A DNA stretch of 64,000 nt from an uncultured Gammaproteobacteria bacterium (lineage in GTDB: Bacteria > Patescibacteriota > Patescibacteriia > UBA9934). Below are positions 39,510 to 47,924 of this stretch, piece after piece. The position numbers and the translations under genes are program-made. Location of the stretch: the NCBI GenBank assembly GCA_964569575.1, contig CAZMTL010000004.1, positions 8,959 through 72,958 on the forward strand, in the 5' to 3' direction. Positions within the stretch are counted from its first letter, which is position 1. Each line of letters begins with the position of its first letter. Below the pieces are notes generated by a model. That model ran no database searches and had not been told where the DNA came from. It was given only the letters and a program-made list of their open reading frames with translations.

Positions 39510-40013
39510 ATGAAATCTATTGATCTATCAAACATCATTCTCTCGCTCGAAAAGTACAGCTCAGAAAACAACGGCCAAATCCCACGTGATTGGTTCGAAA
39601 AAATGCCCATCTACTTCCCTCAAGCGGCTATCGAGCTAGGGATCATTAAAGAGATCAATAACTCTCATCACATCTTCCTCGCTCAAAGGCCAGCAGACGA
39701 TCCATATTGGCCCAGCGAATGGCACCTTCCGGGCACAGTCCTCCGCCACACAGACACAGAAAAAACAATTTGGAAAAGACTACTTTCTGATGAAGTGGAT
39801 GGGATAATACAACCTTCCGAAGCAAAACTGATCGATACACACATTTCGAGCAAACAAGATCGCGAACGCGGCGCGTGCGTTCACTCAATCTATCTCGCAA
39901 AAACAAATAAAGACATCAAAAGTGGTAAATTCTTCCCGATCATCGATTTACCGAAAAATACAATCAAGCACCACCTGCCACTCATCGAAAAAATTAAAAA
40001 ATCCCTAAAATAA
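39510..40013 (+). CDS. Nudix-fold-like protein with degenerate Nudix box, AT-rich copy
   Basis: ATG 39510 lies inside track ORF 38985..40013; MKSIDLSN...WHLPGTVLRHTDTEKTIWKRLLSDEVDG; paralog of 38887..39444. Confidence 0.7.
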   Translation: MKSIDLSNIILSLEKYSSENNGQIPRDWFEKMPIYFPQAAIELGIIKEINNSHHIFLAQRPADDPYWPSEWHLPGTVLRHTDTEKTIWKRLLSDEVDGIIQPSEAKLIDTHISSKQDRERGACVHSIYLAKTNKDIKSGKFFPIIDLPKNTIKHHLPLIEKIKKSLK

Positions 40014-40047
40014 CAACGAGGCCCCCGAAAGGACCTCAGCGTCTACT

Positions 40048-40425
40048 CTAGTGGTAGAACTCACGATGCTCGTGCACTGGTAGATCGAACACGAACGGAT
40101 CGTTCACGAACGACACTTCGATCTGACTTCGCAGATCACGAAGAGAACGTTCGAAGACTTCGATTCCACCAATCTGCTCAAGTAGCTCTTGAACATCTGG
40201 CAGTTGCCAACCCGGGAAATCTTCAGTCCAGTCGTCATTCGCTACGGCTGCGTAAAAGCACCACACCGATTCACGCGTACCGAACAGATGATACTCCCTA
40301 CCCTCCAACTCCCCCGTAGCCACGCTCTCGAGACTGAAATACACCAGTTCGAGCAGGTCGAGCATGCTCTTCTCGTGTTCATTCAGCAGCTCCACGAAAT
40401 GCAGAACAATGTGAACCAGGATCAC
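40048..40425 (-). CDS. hypothetical protein (about 125 aa), GC island C
   Basis: GGAGG five nt before GTG 40425 (the track start at 40437 is TTG); acidic, GC-rich; terminator-like hairpin GAGGUCC/GGGGCCUC downstream on the minus strand. Confidence 0.5.
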   Translation of the reverse strand: MILVHIVLHFVELLNEHEKSMLDLLELVYFSLESVATGELEGREYHLFGTRESVWCFYAAVANDDWTEDFPGWQLPDVQELLEQIGGIEVFERSLRDLRSQIEVSFVNDPFVFDLPVHEHREFYH

Positions 40426-40448
40426 GCATTCCTCCAAGCGACAAAAGA

Positions 40449-40477
40449 ACTCTATAAAATTTAAGGTGAATCGTCAA
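40449..40477 (-). promoter_or_regulatory. candidate promoter for island C
   Basis: Minus strand TTGACG-N17-TAGAGT (or N15-TATAGA), starting 3 nt after the uvrC stop. Confidence 0.35.
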
Positions 40478-40479
40478 AA

Positions 40480-41814
40480 TCACCGCTTCTTTCGCTTAAT
40501 CCCACTCGACTTCGCTCGCACCTGCTTGTGGTACACCTGCGAAAAACGGTGGGCTTCGTCACGAACTTTTTGAAAAATCACCTTCCCCATCGCGCTTGCT
40601 TTTGCCAAATCTAAATTGGTTCGATCAAAAATCAACCGATCCTGCTTGCGATCAAATCCTTTTGCAATCCCAATAATCGGCACCTGTATTCCCAGTTCAT
40701 CCAAAACTGCCTGCACGCGATTCACTTGCGGCTTTCCGCCATCTATCACCATCACCTGCGGCAACTCCCAAGCATCCGGAAACTGCTGAGCCTTTCGCAA
40801 GCGTCGACGCAGTACCTCTTCCATCATCCCAACATCATTCGCACCAACCACAGTGCGAATTTTAAATTTACGATACTTCTCTTTCGCCGGTTGCCCGTCC
40901 ACAAATACCGTCATCACACCAACAGCGGACGTTCCAGAAATATTCGAGATGTCGTACGCCTCAATTCTACCGTCCAAATCAATCGCTGTTCGTTCCTTCT
41001 GCTTACTAAACGGCAATTCAATATCATCCTTGGTAATCAAAGCAACGTCTTTAATGTGCTCCAACGCAAAAATGGTATTCCGAAACTGAGCCGCGTCTTC
41101 ATAACGCCGTTCAACCGATGCTTGAGTCATTTTTTTATTCATCTCTCGAATCAACTGAGATTTCTTCCCTTCAAAAAATAAAATCAACTGATGAATAATC
41201 TGTTTATACTCTTTTGGTGAAATTTCACCCGTACACACGCCCGGGCAACGACGCAGATGCCGATTAAAACAGGGGCGCTTCCGACCAGTCACCGAAGGCG
41301 GTTCACAATCCGACCAAGGAATAATCTTTCGCAAAAAATCCAACGACTTTTTTAACGAATATCCACTGGTATAAGGACCAAATACACGCAAAAACTTCTT
41401 TTTTGCCTTTGCAGACAACGTTGCGTCAAAAGGGTTAATCTCCAAATTCTCTAAATCCAACCCCCTCAGCAATTTCGGCTTTGGGTATTCTTCATTGGTA
41501 ATAACAAGATACAAAAAACTCTTATCATCCCGCTGAAGAATATTATATTTCGGCTTCAACGCTTTGATTTTATTCGCTTCTAACACCAGCGCCTCAATAA
41601 CAGTAGGTGTCTCGATATAATCAATGCGCGCAATTTGCGACACCATTTCACCGATCCGATTATCGTGCGCCTTAGTAAAGTACGACCCAACACGACGCTT
41701 CAACGACGTCGCCTTGCCTACATACAACAAATTTCCCGCCAAATCATAATAAAAATACACCCCAGGTACATCGGGTAATTCATTATTTTTGATTGTAATT
41801 TCTGGCGAGATCAT
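40480..41814 (-). CDS. uvrC: excinuclease ABC subunit C (short form, no C-terminal HhH pair)
   Basis: GIY-YIG GVYFYYD...LLYVGKA, a UVR domain, and RNase H-like endonuclease region RIEAYDISN...; 444 aa. Confidence 0.9.
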   Translation of the reverse strand: MISPEITIKNNELPDVPGVYFYYDLAGNLLYVGKATSLKRRVGSYFTKAHDNRIGEMVSQIARIDYIETPTVIEALVLEANKIKALKPKYNILQRDDKSFLYLVITNEEYPKPKLLRGLDLENLEINPFDATLSAKAKKKFLRVFGPYTSGYSLKKSLDFLRKIIPWSDCEPPSVTGRKRPCFNRHLRRCPGVCTGEISPKEYKQIIHQLILFFEGKKSQLIREMNKKMTQASVERRYEDAAQFRNTIFALEHIKDVALITKDDIELPFSKQKERTAIDLDGRIEAYDISNISGTSAVGVMTVFVDGQPAKEKYRKFKIRTVVGANDVGMMEEVLRRRLRKAQQFPDAWELPQVMVIDGGKPQVNRVQAVLDELGIQVPIIGIAKGFDRKQDRLIFDRTNLDLAKASAMGKVIFQKVRDEAHRFSQVYHKQVRAKSSGIKRKKR

Positions 41815-41944
41815 GAAGTAAGTATAGCAAAATTATAACACCGAAAAGAACGGCTCCTAGATACACGATAAAGTCTCCATCCCTATTCCCTATCTTCCTA
41901 CCCCCTTCATCAAGGACAATCCAAAGTAAGCTACAGAATGCAAC

Positions 41945-44473
41945 CTACTTCACATTCTTCTTCCTCAAATAAGGCTTCAAATACTGTCCCGTATAACTCT
42001 TAGCCGAACGAGCAATATCCTCCGGAGTCCCTTCTGCAACAACCATTCCTCCACCAACTCCACCCTCTGGACCCATGTCGATTAACCAGTCAGCCGTTTT
42101 GATCACATCCAAATTGTGTTCAATGATCAAAACCGTATTTCCTTTCTCGACCAAACGATGCAACACCTCAAGTAATGTCTTAATATCTTCGAAGTGAAGT
42201 CCTGTCGTCGGCTCGTCGAGTAAATAAAGTGTTCGGCCCGTATTTCGCTTCGCAAGTTCAGAAGCCAACTTCACACGCTGAGCCTCACCACCCGAAAGCG
42301 TATTTGCAGACTGACCTAGCTTCAAATAACCAAGCCCAACGCTCACGAGTGTTACCAACTTATCGTGAACAGAAGGAATGTCCTTAAAAAACTCCGTTGC
42401 TTCCTCGATCGTCATCTCCAAAACTTGAAAAATATTCTTTTCTTTAAATTCAACCTCCAACGTTTCACGATTAAATCGTCGCCCTTTACACACATCACAC
42501 TGCACATACACCGTTGGCAAGAAATGCATTTCGATCGCAATTTCCCCATGCCCCTCACAATGATCACAACGTCCACCCGCCACGTTAAAGCTAAAACGAC
42601 CAGTTTTATATCCACGGAACTTCGCTTCATCCGTCGTAGCAAACAAATCACGAATCGGCGTCCAAGCTCCGGTATAAGTAGCTGGGTTAGATCTAGACGT
42701 TCGTCCAATCGGAGATTGATCCATCAAAATTGCCTTATCGATGTACTCAATGCCCAAAACAGATTTATGAGCACCAGGCTTCCCTTTGCTGCCGTACAAC
42801 TTTTTCGCAATCGCTTTGTAAGTCACTTCCAACATCAAGGTCGACTTCCCGCTTCCAGAAACACCTGTAATACAAACCATGCGTCGAAGCGGAATATCAA
42901 CATCTACATTCTTCAAATTGTTCTCGGTAGCTCCCCGAACCTTAATCGCATCCTTCCCAACCTTTCTGCGCTCGGTAGGAACCGGAATAACGCGATCACC
43001 CCGCAGATACGCCGCGGTCAGCGATTTCTTATCTTCAAAAATCTCGGGCGTTGGTCCGGCAGCAACAATCTCCCCTCCGTGCACACCAGCACTCGGTCCA
43101 ACCTCGACCATGTAATCCGATCGCCGAATGGTATCTTCGTCATGCTCTACAACCAACACGGTATTCCCCAAATCTCGCAACGATTCAAGCGTATTAATCA
43201 ACTGATCGTTATCACGTTGATGCAGACCAATCGTTGGTTCATCAAGTACATACAAAGCACCAACCAAACGCGAACCAATTTGCGAAGCTAAACGAATACG
43301 TTGCGCTTCACCCCCAGAAAGCGTCCCGGCCTTACGATCGAGCGTTAAATAATGCAACCCAACATCCAACATAAACGTCAATCGGCTTTCGATCTCTTTC
43401 AATACGGTTCCAGCAATTTCCAACCCACGCTCGTCTAACGCGATATGTAGAATGAAATCTGCGGCTTCCGAAATCGTTTTCGCTGTGTACTGAACAATAT
43501 TTTCACCACCAATAAGCACACTCAACGCCTCCTTGCGCAATCGCTTCCCATCACACGCGGGACAAATTTCTTCAGAGAAAAGCTCGAGCGTTCCTAACCC
43601 AGTACACGCTTCACAAGCTCCATAGGGACTATTGAACGAAAAAAGTCGTGGCTCGATTTCTGGAAACGAAAATCCACAATTTACACAACTAAATTTAGTA
43701 GAAAACAACCGCTCTTCCCCTGACGCGTACACCACATTCACCAAATCCTGTCCGCGATCAACCGCATTTTCGAGCGCTTCATTCAAGCGTTGACGCGTGT
43801 CCTTGTCCGGATCCTTTAGGCTAACCTGTGGAATAACATCGATAACCACTTCGATCGTATGCTGCTTATAGCGAGAAAGCTTAATTTCTTCACTCAAACG
43901 ATGCATCTTGCCATCTACCCGCACCTTTGCGAATCCTGAATTATACAAATCATACAATAACTGATAATAATTCCCCTTTCGACCACGAACAACCGGAGCC
44001 AAAATTTGAATTTCGCCAGAAGGAATCGCCTTTTCCTTTGCATTTTGCTTCATCAACAAATCAGAAATTTCATCAATCGTTAAACGCTCAATTCTCGATT
44101 TACAATCAGGACAATGCGCCTCACCAACACGCGCGTAAAGAACACGAAGGTAATCGTAAATTTCCGTCACCGTCGCCACAGTTGAACGCGGGTTTCGAGA
44201 ATGTGCTTTTTGATCAATCGAAATAGCTGGTGACAACCCTTCGATTTCGTCTACATCCGGCTTTTGCATCTGACCCAAAAATTGCCGTGCATAAGCAGAA
44301 AGCGATTCGATATAACGACGCTGCCCTTCCGCAAAAATCGTATCAAAAGCGAGGGAAGATTTTCCGCTTCCCGACACGCCAGTAAAACAAATAAGTTGAT
44401 TTCGAGGCAATTCGAGTGAAACATTTTTTAAGTTATGCTCACGCGCACCCTTGATTGTAATTTTTTCTTTCAT
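41945..44473 (-). CDS. uvrA: excinuclease ABC subunit A (842 aa)
   Basis: Starts [17 protein letters not shown]; two ABC ATPase modules ([18 protein letters not shown]) and LSGGEAQR signatures; the 142 upstream codons of the track ORF are read-through of GC-rich DNA. Confidence 0.95.
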   Translation of the reverse strand: MKEKITIKGAREHNLKNVSLELPRNQLICFTGVSGSGKSSLAFDTIFAEGQRRYIESLSAYARQFLGQMQKPDVDEIEGLSPAISIDQKAHSRNPRSTVATVTEIYDYLRVLYARVGEAHCPDCKSRIERLTIDEISDLLMKQNAKEKAIPSGEIQILAPVVRGRKGNYYQLLYDLYNSGFAKVRVDGKMHRLSEEIKLSRYKQHTIEVVIDVIPQVSLKDPDKDTRQRLNEALENAVDRGQDLVNVVYASGEERLFSTKFSCVNCGFSFPEIEPRLFSFNSPYGACEACTGLGTLELFSEEICPACDGKRLRKEALSVLIGGENIVQYTAKTISEAADFILHIALDERGLEIAGTVLKEIESRLTFMLDVGLHYLTLDRKAGTLSGGEAQRIRLASQIGSRLVGALYVLDEPTIGLHQRDNDQLINTLESLRDLGNTVLVVEHDEDTIRRSDYMVEVGPSAGVHGGEIVAAGPTPEIFEDKKSLTAAYLRGDRVIPVPTERRKVGKDAIKVRGATENNLKNVDVDIPLRRMVCITGVSGSGKSTLMLEVTYKAIAKKLYGSKGKPGAHKSVLGIEYIDKAILMDQSPIGRTSRSNPATYTGAWTPIRDLFATTDEAKFRGYKTGRFSFNVAGGRCDHCEGHGEIAIEMHFLPTVYVQCDVCKGRRFNRETLEVEFKEKNIFQVLEMTIEEATEFFKDIPSVHDKLVTLVSVGLGYLKLGQSANTLSGGEAQRVKLASELAKRNTGRTLYLLDEPTTGLHFEDIKTLLEVLHRLVEKGNTVLIIEHNLDVIKTADWLIDMGPEGGVGGGMVVAEGTPEDIARSAKSYTGQYLKPYLRKKNVK

Positions 44474-44480
44474 ATATAAT
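44451..44480 (+). promoter_or_regulatory. candidate sigma70 promoter facing into GC island D (antisense to the uvrA start)
   Basis: TTGATT-N18-TATAAT on the plus strand; it overlaps the uvrA start codon region, so could be fortuitous AT-rich sequence. Confidence 0.4.
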
Positions 44481-45191
44481 TGTTGAGATGTTGATAGCGT
44501 TCTCGTGGTGAGATCGGCGTCGCATCGGCGAAAGGAGGCCCCCATGTCTCGTGGAGCAGTGAACGCTGGACGAACGCGTCCAGCCGAGACCACGCGTCGC
44601 CCGGCAATGCAGGTGCATTGCCGGGACCGATCGGGCGCACGACGCGCTTCGAACGGAGGTGAGCAGTCTCGATCCGTCGTGCCCGGCGTGACCACCTCCG
44701 GAAACGGAGACGGTCGAAGCCCGCGAGCGCGCGAACAGCGCTGCGGTGGTGGTGGGCTCGCGCCCATCCGAGGAGCTTCACCCGACGAAGAGTCCAGGTG
44801 CCCGGGGGCGTCGGAACGGGCGAACCCGGGCACGCCAACGCAGACACGAAGGCCAGCGTCCGGCCGAGGAGGTGAGGAGTCTCGATCCATCACGCCCAAC
44901 TACGCGAGCGATTCCGCAACCGGAAACGCTCGCGAACAGCTGTACTGTGGCAACGGGGGACTTTCCTCCACACCAGGATCTGGACACGACTACCGTGCAC
45001 CGGGCTTCGGAGGCAAGAAGCACATCAAGGACCCTCGAGGAAAGAAGCGCGGCGACAACCCGCGAGGAATTCCGCATCTCCCTCGACGAATTCGACTGCC
45101 CACGCACCCGGGCATGCAATGGACTCCGGCCAAGAAGCCTTAGCCGAACACAATTGACGTACAGACGAAACCCGCCAGGCGATCGTCATCT
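44481..45191. other. GC island D: hairpin-dense GC-rich element, coding status and strand unresolved
   Basis: 43/60 G+C in line 44581-44640; many perfect stems (see findings); all six frames are open over long stretches; no protein-like translation. Confidence 0.6.
44544..45143 (+). CDS. candidate R/G/S/P-rich basic repeat protein (199 aa), island D
   Basis: AAAGGAGG-N5-ATG, open to TAG 45141, terminator 50 nt downstream. Against it: low-complexity translation, and codon-position GC of about 72/73/58% in the first 60 codons. Confidence 0.3.
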   Translation: MSRGAVNAGRTRPAETTRRPAMQVHCRDRSGARRASNGGEQSRSVVPGVTTSGNGDGRSPRAREQRCGGGGLAPIRGASPDEESRCPGASERANPGTPTQTRRPASGRGGEESRSITPNYASDSATGNAREQLYCGNGGLSSTPGSGHDYRAPGFGGKKHIKDPRGKKRGDNPRGIPHLPRRIRLPTHPGMQWTPAKKP

Positions 45192-45221
45192 GCCCTGCAA
45201 AAGCAGGGCCTTTCATTTTTT
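45192..45221 (+). terminator. intrinsic terminator (plus-strand sense), overlapping the uvrB stop
   Basis: GCCCTGC-aaaa-GCAGGGC followed by CTTTCATTTTTT; on the minus strand the same hairpin has no U-run. Confidence 0.55.
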
Positions 45222-47270
45222 AGAAGAACGTTTTTTCATCTTTTTTAACTCGGACTGCAATTCAATAATCTCATCTCGCAATATCCCTGCCGTTTCAAAC
45301 TGCAAATTAGCCGCTGCCAACTCCATCTCCTCTGTCTTCTCACGAATCACCTCTTCGATTTCGTGCGGCTCTGCAGCCAGTTCGATCTTCAAGATATTTT
45401 TCGTATCTTTCTTTTCACCCGGCTCTGCAACCCCCATGATTTCGCTGACATTTTGGATGGACTTAGTAATCGTAATCGGAGTAATTCCATGCTTTTCGTT
45501 GTGTGCCAGCTGAATCGTACGACGGCGATTGGTTTCATCGAGCGCTCGAGTGAGCGAACCGGTCATGCGATCCGCGTACAAGATCACTTCTCCATGGATA
45601 TTTCGTGCCGCTCGTCCAATGGTTTGAATCAACGACATTTCCGACCGCAGAAACCCTTCCTTGTCCGCGTCCAAAATAGCCACCAATGACACCTCCGGCA
45701 AATCCAGCCCTTCACGTAACAAGTTCACCCCAATAATAACGTCGTAAATCCCCTTGCGTAGATCGGTCAATATTTCGATACGCTCGATCGTTTTGATATC
45801 AGAATGGATATATTGAACCTTGATTCCCAGCTCTTTCAAATGCTCGGTCAAATCTTCAGCCATCTTTTTTGTAAGCGTTGTCACCAAACTTCGCTCACCT
45901 TTCGCTGTTCTATCTTGAATACGCGGAATCAAATCATCTACCTGACCTCGATGATCATCTGTTTCGGTCACCGGAAGTACAGTCACAATCGGGTCGACCA
46001 ATCCGGTCGGTCGTACGATCTGTTCAACAATTCGATCTGATGAATCATATTCTTGTTCACCGGGCGTTGCAGAGACATAAATCGTCTGCCCTACTCGTTC
46101 TTCGAATTCTTTTGATGTCAAAGGTCGATTGTCGCGAGCTGACGGCAGTCGGAACCCATGTTCTACCAAATTATCTTTCCGCGCCTTATCGCCAGCAAAC
46201 ATTCCACGAATCTGAGGAATAGTCACATGAGATTCGTCGATAACCGTCAGAAAATCCTTGGGAAAATAGGCAAGCAATGTATCCGGTGGTTCACCAGCAT
46301 TTCTGCCATCAAAATGCCGAGAGTAGTTTTCGATCCCATTACAGTAGCCAATACTCTTCATCATTTCGATATCGTACTTGGTTCGTCGCTGCAAACGTTC
46401 GTATTCAAGCAACTTTTCCTCCTGCTTAAATTCCGCTAACCGCATTGCAAGTTCATCTTCGATTTGCCGAACCGCCCTTTCCGTATGTTCCGCGCCAACA
46501 ACATAATGTTTCGCGGGAAACAGCCAAAAATCCTGCACGCGATCTTTCACTCGCCGAGTAACGGGATCGAGAATAAAAATCTCGCGCAAAACACCATCTT
46601 CAATCACCAACCGATACAACGAAGTCTTCTCGTTCGCATCCCCGCTTCCAGAACGCCCAGACATCGGCATAATCTCGATCACGTCCCCCATCGCTCTAAA
46701 CTGTCCACGCTCTACATCCGCATTCGTTCGCTCAAAATACATTTCGATCAATCGTCTAATCAGTTCCGAACGATCCGCAACCTGTCCCGCCTTCAAGTTC
46801 ATCACCGTTTTAGAATATTCCTTCGGCGAACCTAATCCATAAATGCACGAAACCGAAGCAACGATAATCACATCCTGCCGGCTCAATAACGCCTGAGTCG
46901 CCGCATGTCGCAAACGATCGATCTCTTCATTAATCTGAGCTTCTTTTTCGATATACGTATCGGAACGGGCAATGTAAGCCTCTGGCTGATAATAATCGTA
47001 ATAACTCACAAAGTACTCAACCGCATTTTCGGGGAAAAACTGTCTAAATTCATTACAAAGCTGAGCTGCCAACGTTTTATTATGAGCAATCACAAGCGTT
47101 GGTCGCTGGACCTGCTGAATCACATTCGCAATCGTAAACGTCTTTCCAGAACCAGTAACACCAAGCAACGTCTGGCGATCCAGTCCAGTTTGAAGACCAT
47201 CAACCAACCCCGCAATTGCCTTGGGTTGATCGCCAGCCGGTTTGTATTTTGATTGTAGGTTAAATTTCAT
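45213..47270 (-). CDS. uvrB: excinuclease ABC subunit B
   Basis: LLGVTGSGKTF Walker A, DESH box, helicase motifs, C-terminal UVR domain (LAAANLQFETAGILRDEI); ends in TGA. Confidence 0.97.
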   Translation of the reverse strand: MKFNLQSKYKPAGDQPKAIAGLVDGLQTGLDRQTLLGVTGSGKTFTIANVIQQVQRPTLVIAHNKTLAAQLCNEFRQFFPENAVEYFVSYYDYYQPEAYIARSDTYIEKEAQINEEIDRLRHAATQALLSRQDVIIVASVSCIYGLGSPKEYSKTVMNLKAGQVADRSELIRRLIEMYFERTNADVERGQFRAMGDVIEIMPMSGRSGSGDANEKTSLYRLVIEDGVLREIFILDPVTRRVKDRVQDFWLFPAKHYVVGAEHTERAVRQIEDELAMRLAEFKQEEKLLEYERLQRRTKYDIEMMKSIGYCNGIENYSRHFDGRNAGEPPDTLLAYFPKDFLTVIDESHVTIPQIRGMFAGDKARKDNLVEHGFRLPSARDNRPLTSKEFEERVGQTIYVSATPGEQEYDSSDRIVEQIVRPTGLVDPIVTVLPVTETDDHRGQVDDLIPRIQDRTAKGERSLVTTLTKKMAEDLTEHLKELGIKVQYIHSDIKTIERIEILTDLRKGIYDVIIGVNLLREGLDLPEVSLVAILDADKEGFLRSEMSLIQTIGRAARNIHGEVILYADRMTGSLTRALDETNRRRTIQLAHNEKHGITPITITKSIQNVSEIMGVAEPGEKKDTKNILKIELAAEPHEIEEVIREKTEEMELAAANLQFETAGILRDEIIELQSELKKMKKRSSKK

Positions 47271-47435
47271 AACAAAATTGCCCGACTCCACGCTCTACTA
47301 CAAAGTAGATGACGCTTTTGGGATCGGGATCGTTCGTAAATTGTAAAACCAGCATAGCACACTTAAAGAAGAAAACAAAAACGCGCCCCTTCTTGCAAAG
47401 TGAGCGCGCAGCATGCAGTGAAGCATGAATTCCTC

Positions 47436-47645
47436 CTATTCGTCTTCGGTAGTGTGGCGACGATTACCACGAGTGGTGCGGACGTATCCGCGTTTAGAGT
47501 GATACCCGCCGCCATTACGACGGCGAAGTGCCACCAGATCGGTACGCCGACCCTGCGGAAGCACGACAACGATCCGAAGATCATCCTCGCGCTTCTGTTC
47601 CTTGGTCCTACCAACAGGCTTCGAAGCCTTCCGCTTCTTCGCCAT
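47436..47645 (-). CDS. hyper-basic small protein (69 aa), GC island E, second gene
   Basis: AGGAGGTGAGAG directly before ATG 47645; MAKKRKASKPVGRTKEQKRE...RRRNGGGYHSKRGYVRTTRGNRRH; GC-rich stem plus U-run downstream. Confidence 0.6.
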   Translation of the reverse strand: MAKKRKASKPVGRTKEQKREDDLRIVVVLPQGRRTDLVALRRRNGGGYHSKRGYVRTTRGNRRHTTEDE

Positions 47646-47662
47646 CTCTCACCTCCTGGTGC

Positions 47663-47872
47663 TCACAACCACGTGAGCACGTACATCTTCACGCGATGAA
47701 ATGCGCTCGAGCGCACCACCGAGTGGACCACCTCCGGAAGCTGAGGCTCCCAGTACAGGGAGTTGAGCTTGCCAGTGAGCTCGACCGTCCCTTCCAGGAA
47801 CGACCGAACCCGACCGGGCTTGAGATCGAACTTCTCGAGAATGAATCCCGAGATCAAACCCCATAGAATCAT
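47663..47872 (-). CDS. small protein with hydrophobic N-terminus (69 aa), GC island E, first gene
   Basis: GGAGGG four nt before ATG 47872; MILWGLISGFILEKF...; its stop is 15 nt before the next gene's SD. Confidence 0.55.
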   Translation of the reverse strand: MILWGLISGFILEKFDLKPGRVRSFLEGTVELTGKLNSLYWEPQLPEVVHSVVRSSAFHRVKMYVLTWL

Positions 47873-47895
47873 GATCCCTCCAATCAAGACACACC

Positions 47896-47924
47896 ACAGT
47901 ATACCAAAAAAGAGGCTTTGTCAA
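47896..47924 (-). promoter_or_regulatory. sigma70-type promoter for island E
   Basis: Minus strand TTGACA-N15-TATACT with TGG upstream (extended -10), or N17-TACTGT; the -35 sits inside terminator hairpin AGAGG..CCTCT of the upstream gene. Confidence 0.45.

Noticed and set aside
41880-41915. Purine-rich G-tract upstream of uvrC (minus strand GGGGGTAGGAAGATAGGGAATAGGGATGGAG) as a G-quadruplex
   Set aside because: Only three runs of three or more G are present, so a canonical four-run G4 cannot form. It is more likely just polypurine promoter-proximal sequence.
42365-43291. 308-aa plus-strand ORF
   Set aside because: It is antisense to uvrA, the sequence is not protein-like, and there are no expression signals.
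44474-44899. 142-codon N-terminal extension of uvrA in the ORF track (984 aa)
   Set aside because: The extension ([16 protein letters not shown]...) is Pro/Arg/Ser-rich read-through of GC-rich island D, where stop codons are rare in every frame. UvrA homology begins at [17 protein letters not shown] (ATG 44473).
44481-45212. Island D as tmRNA, SRP RNA, group II intron or CRISPR-associated RNA
   Set aside because: It has no tRNA-like 3' end (no GGTTCGAATCC...CCA). There is no SRP GGAA/AGCA helix-8 motif, no GUGYG 5' end or domain-V-like hairpin, and no interrupted host gene. There are no short spaced repeats and no cas, tnpB or reverse-transcriptase genes nearby.
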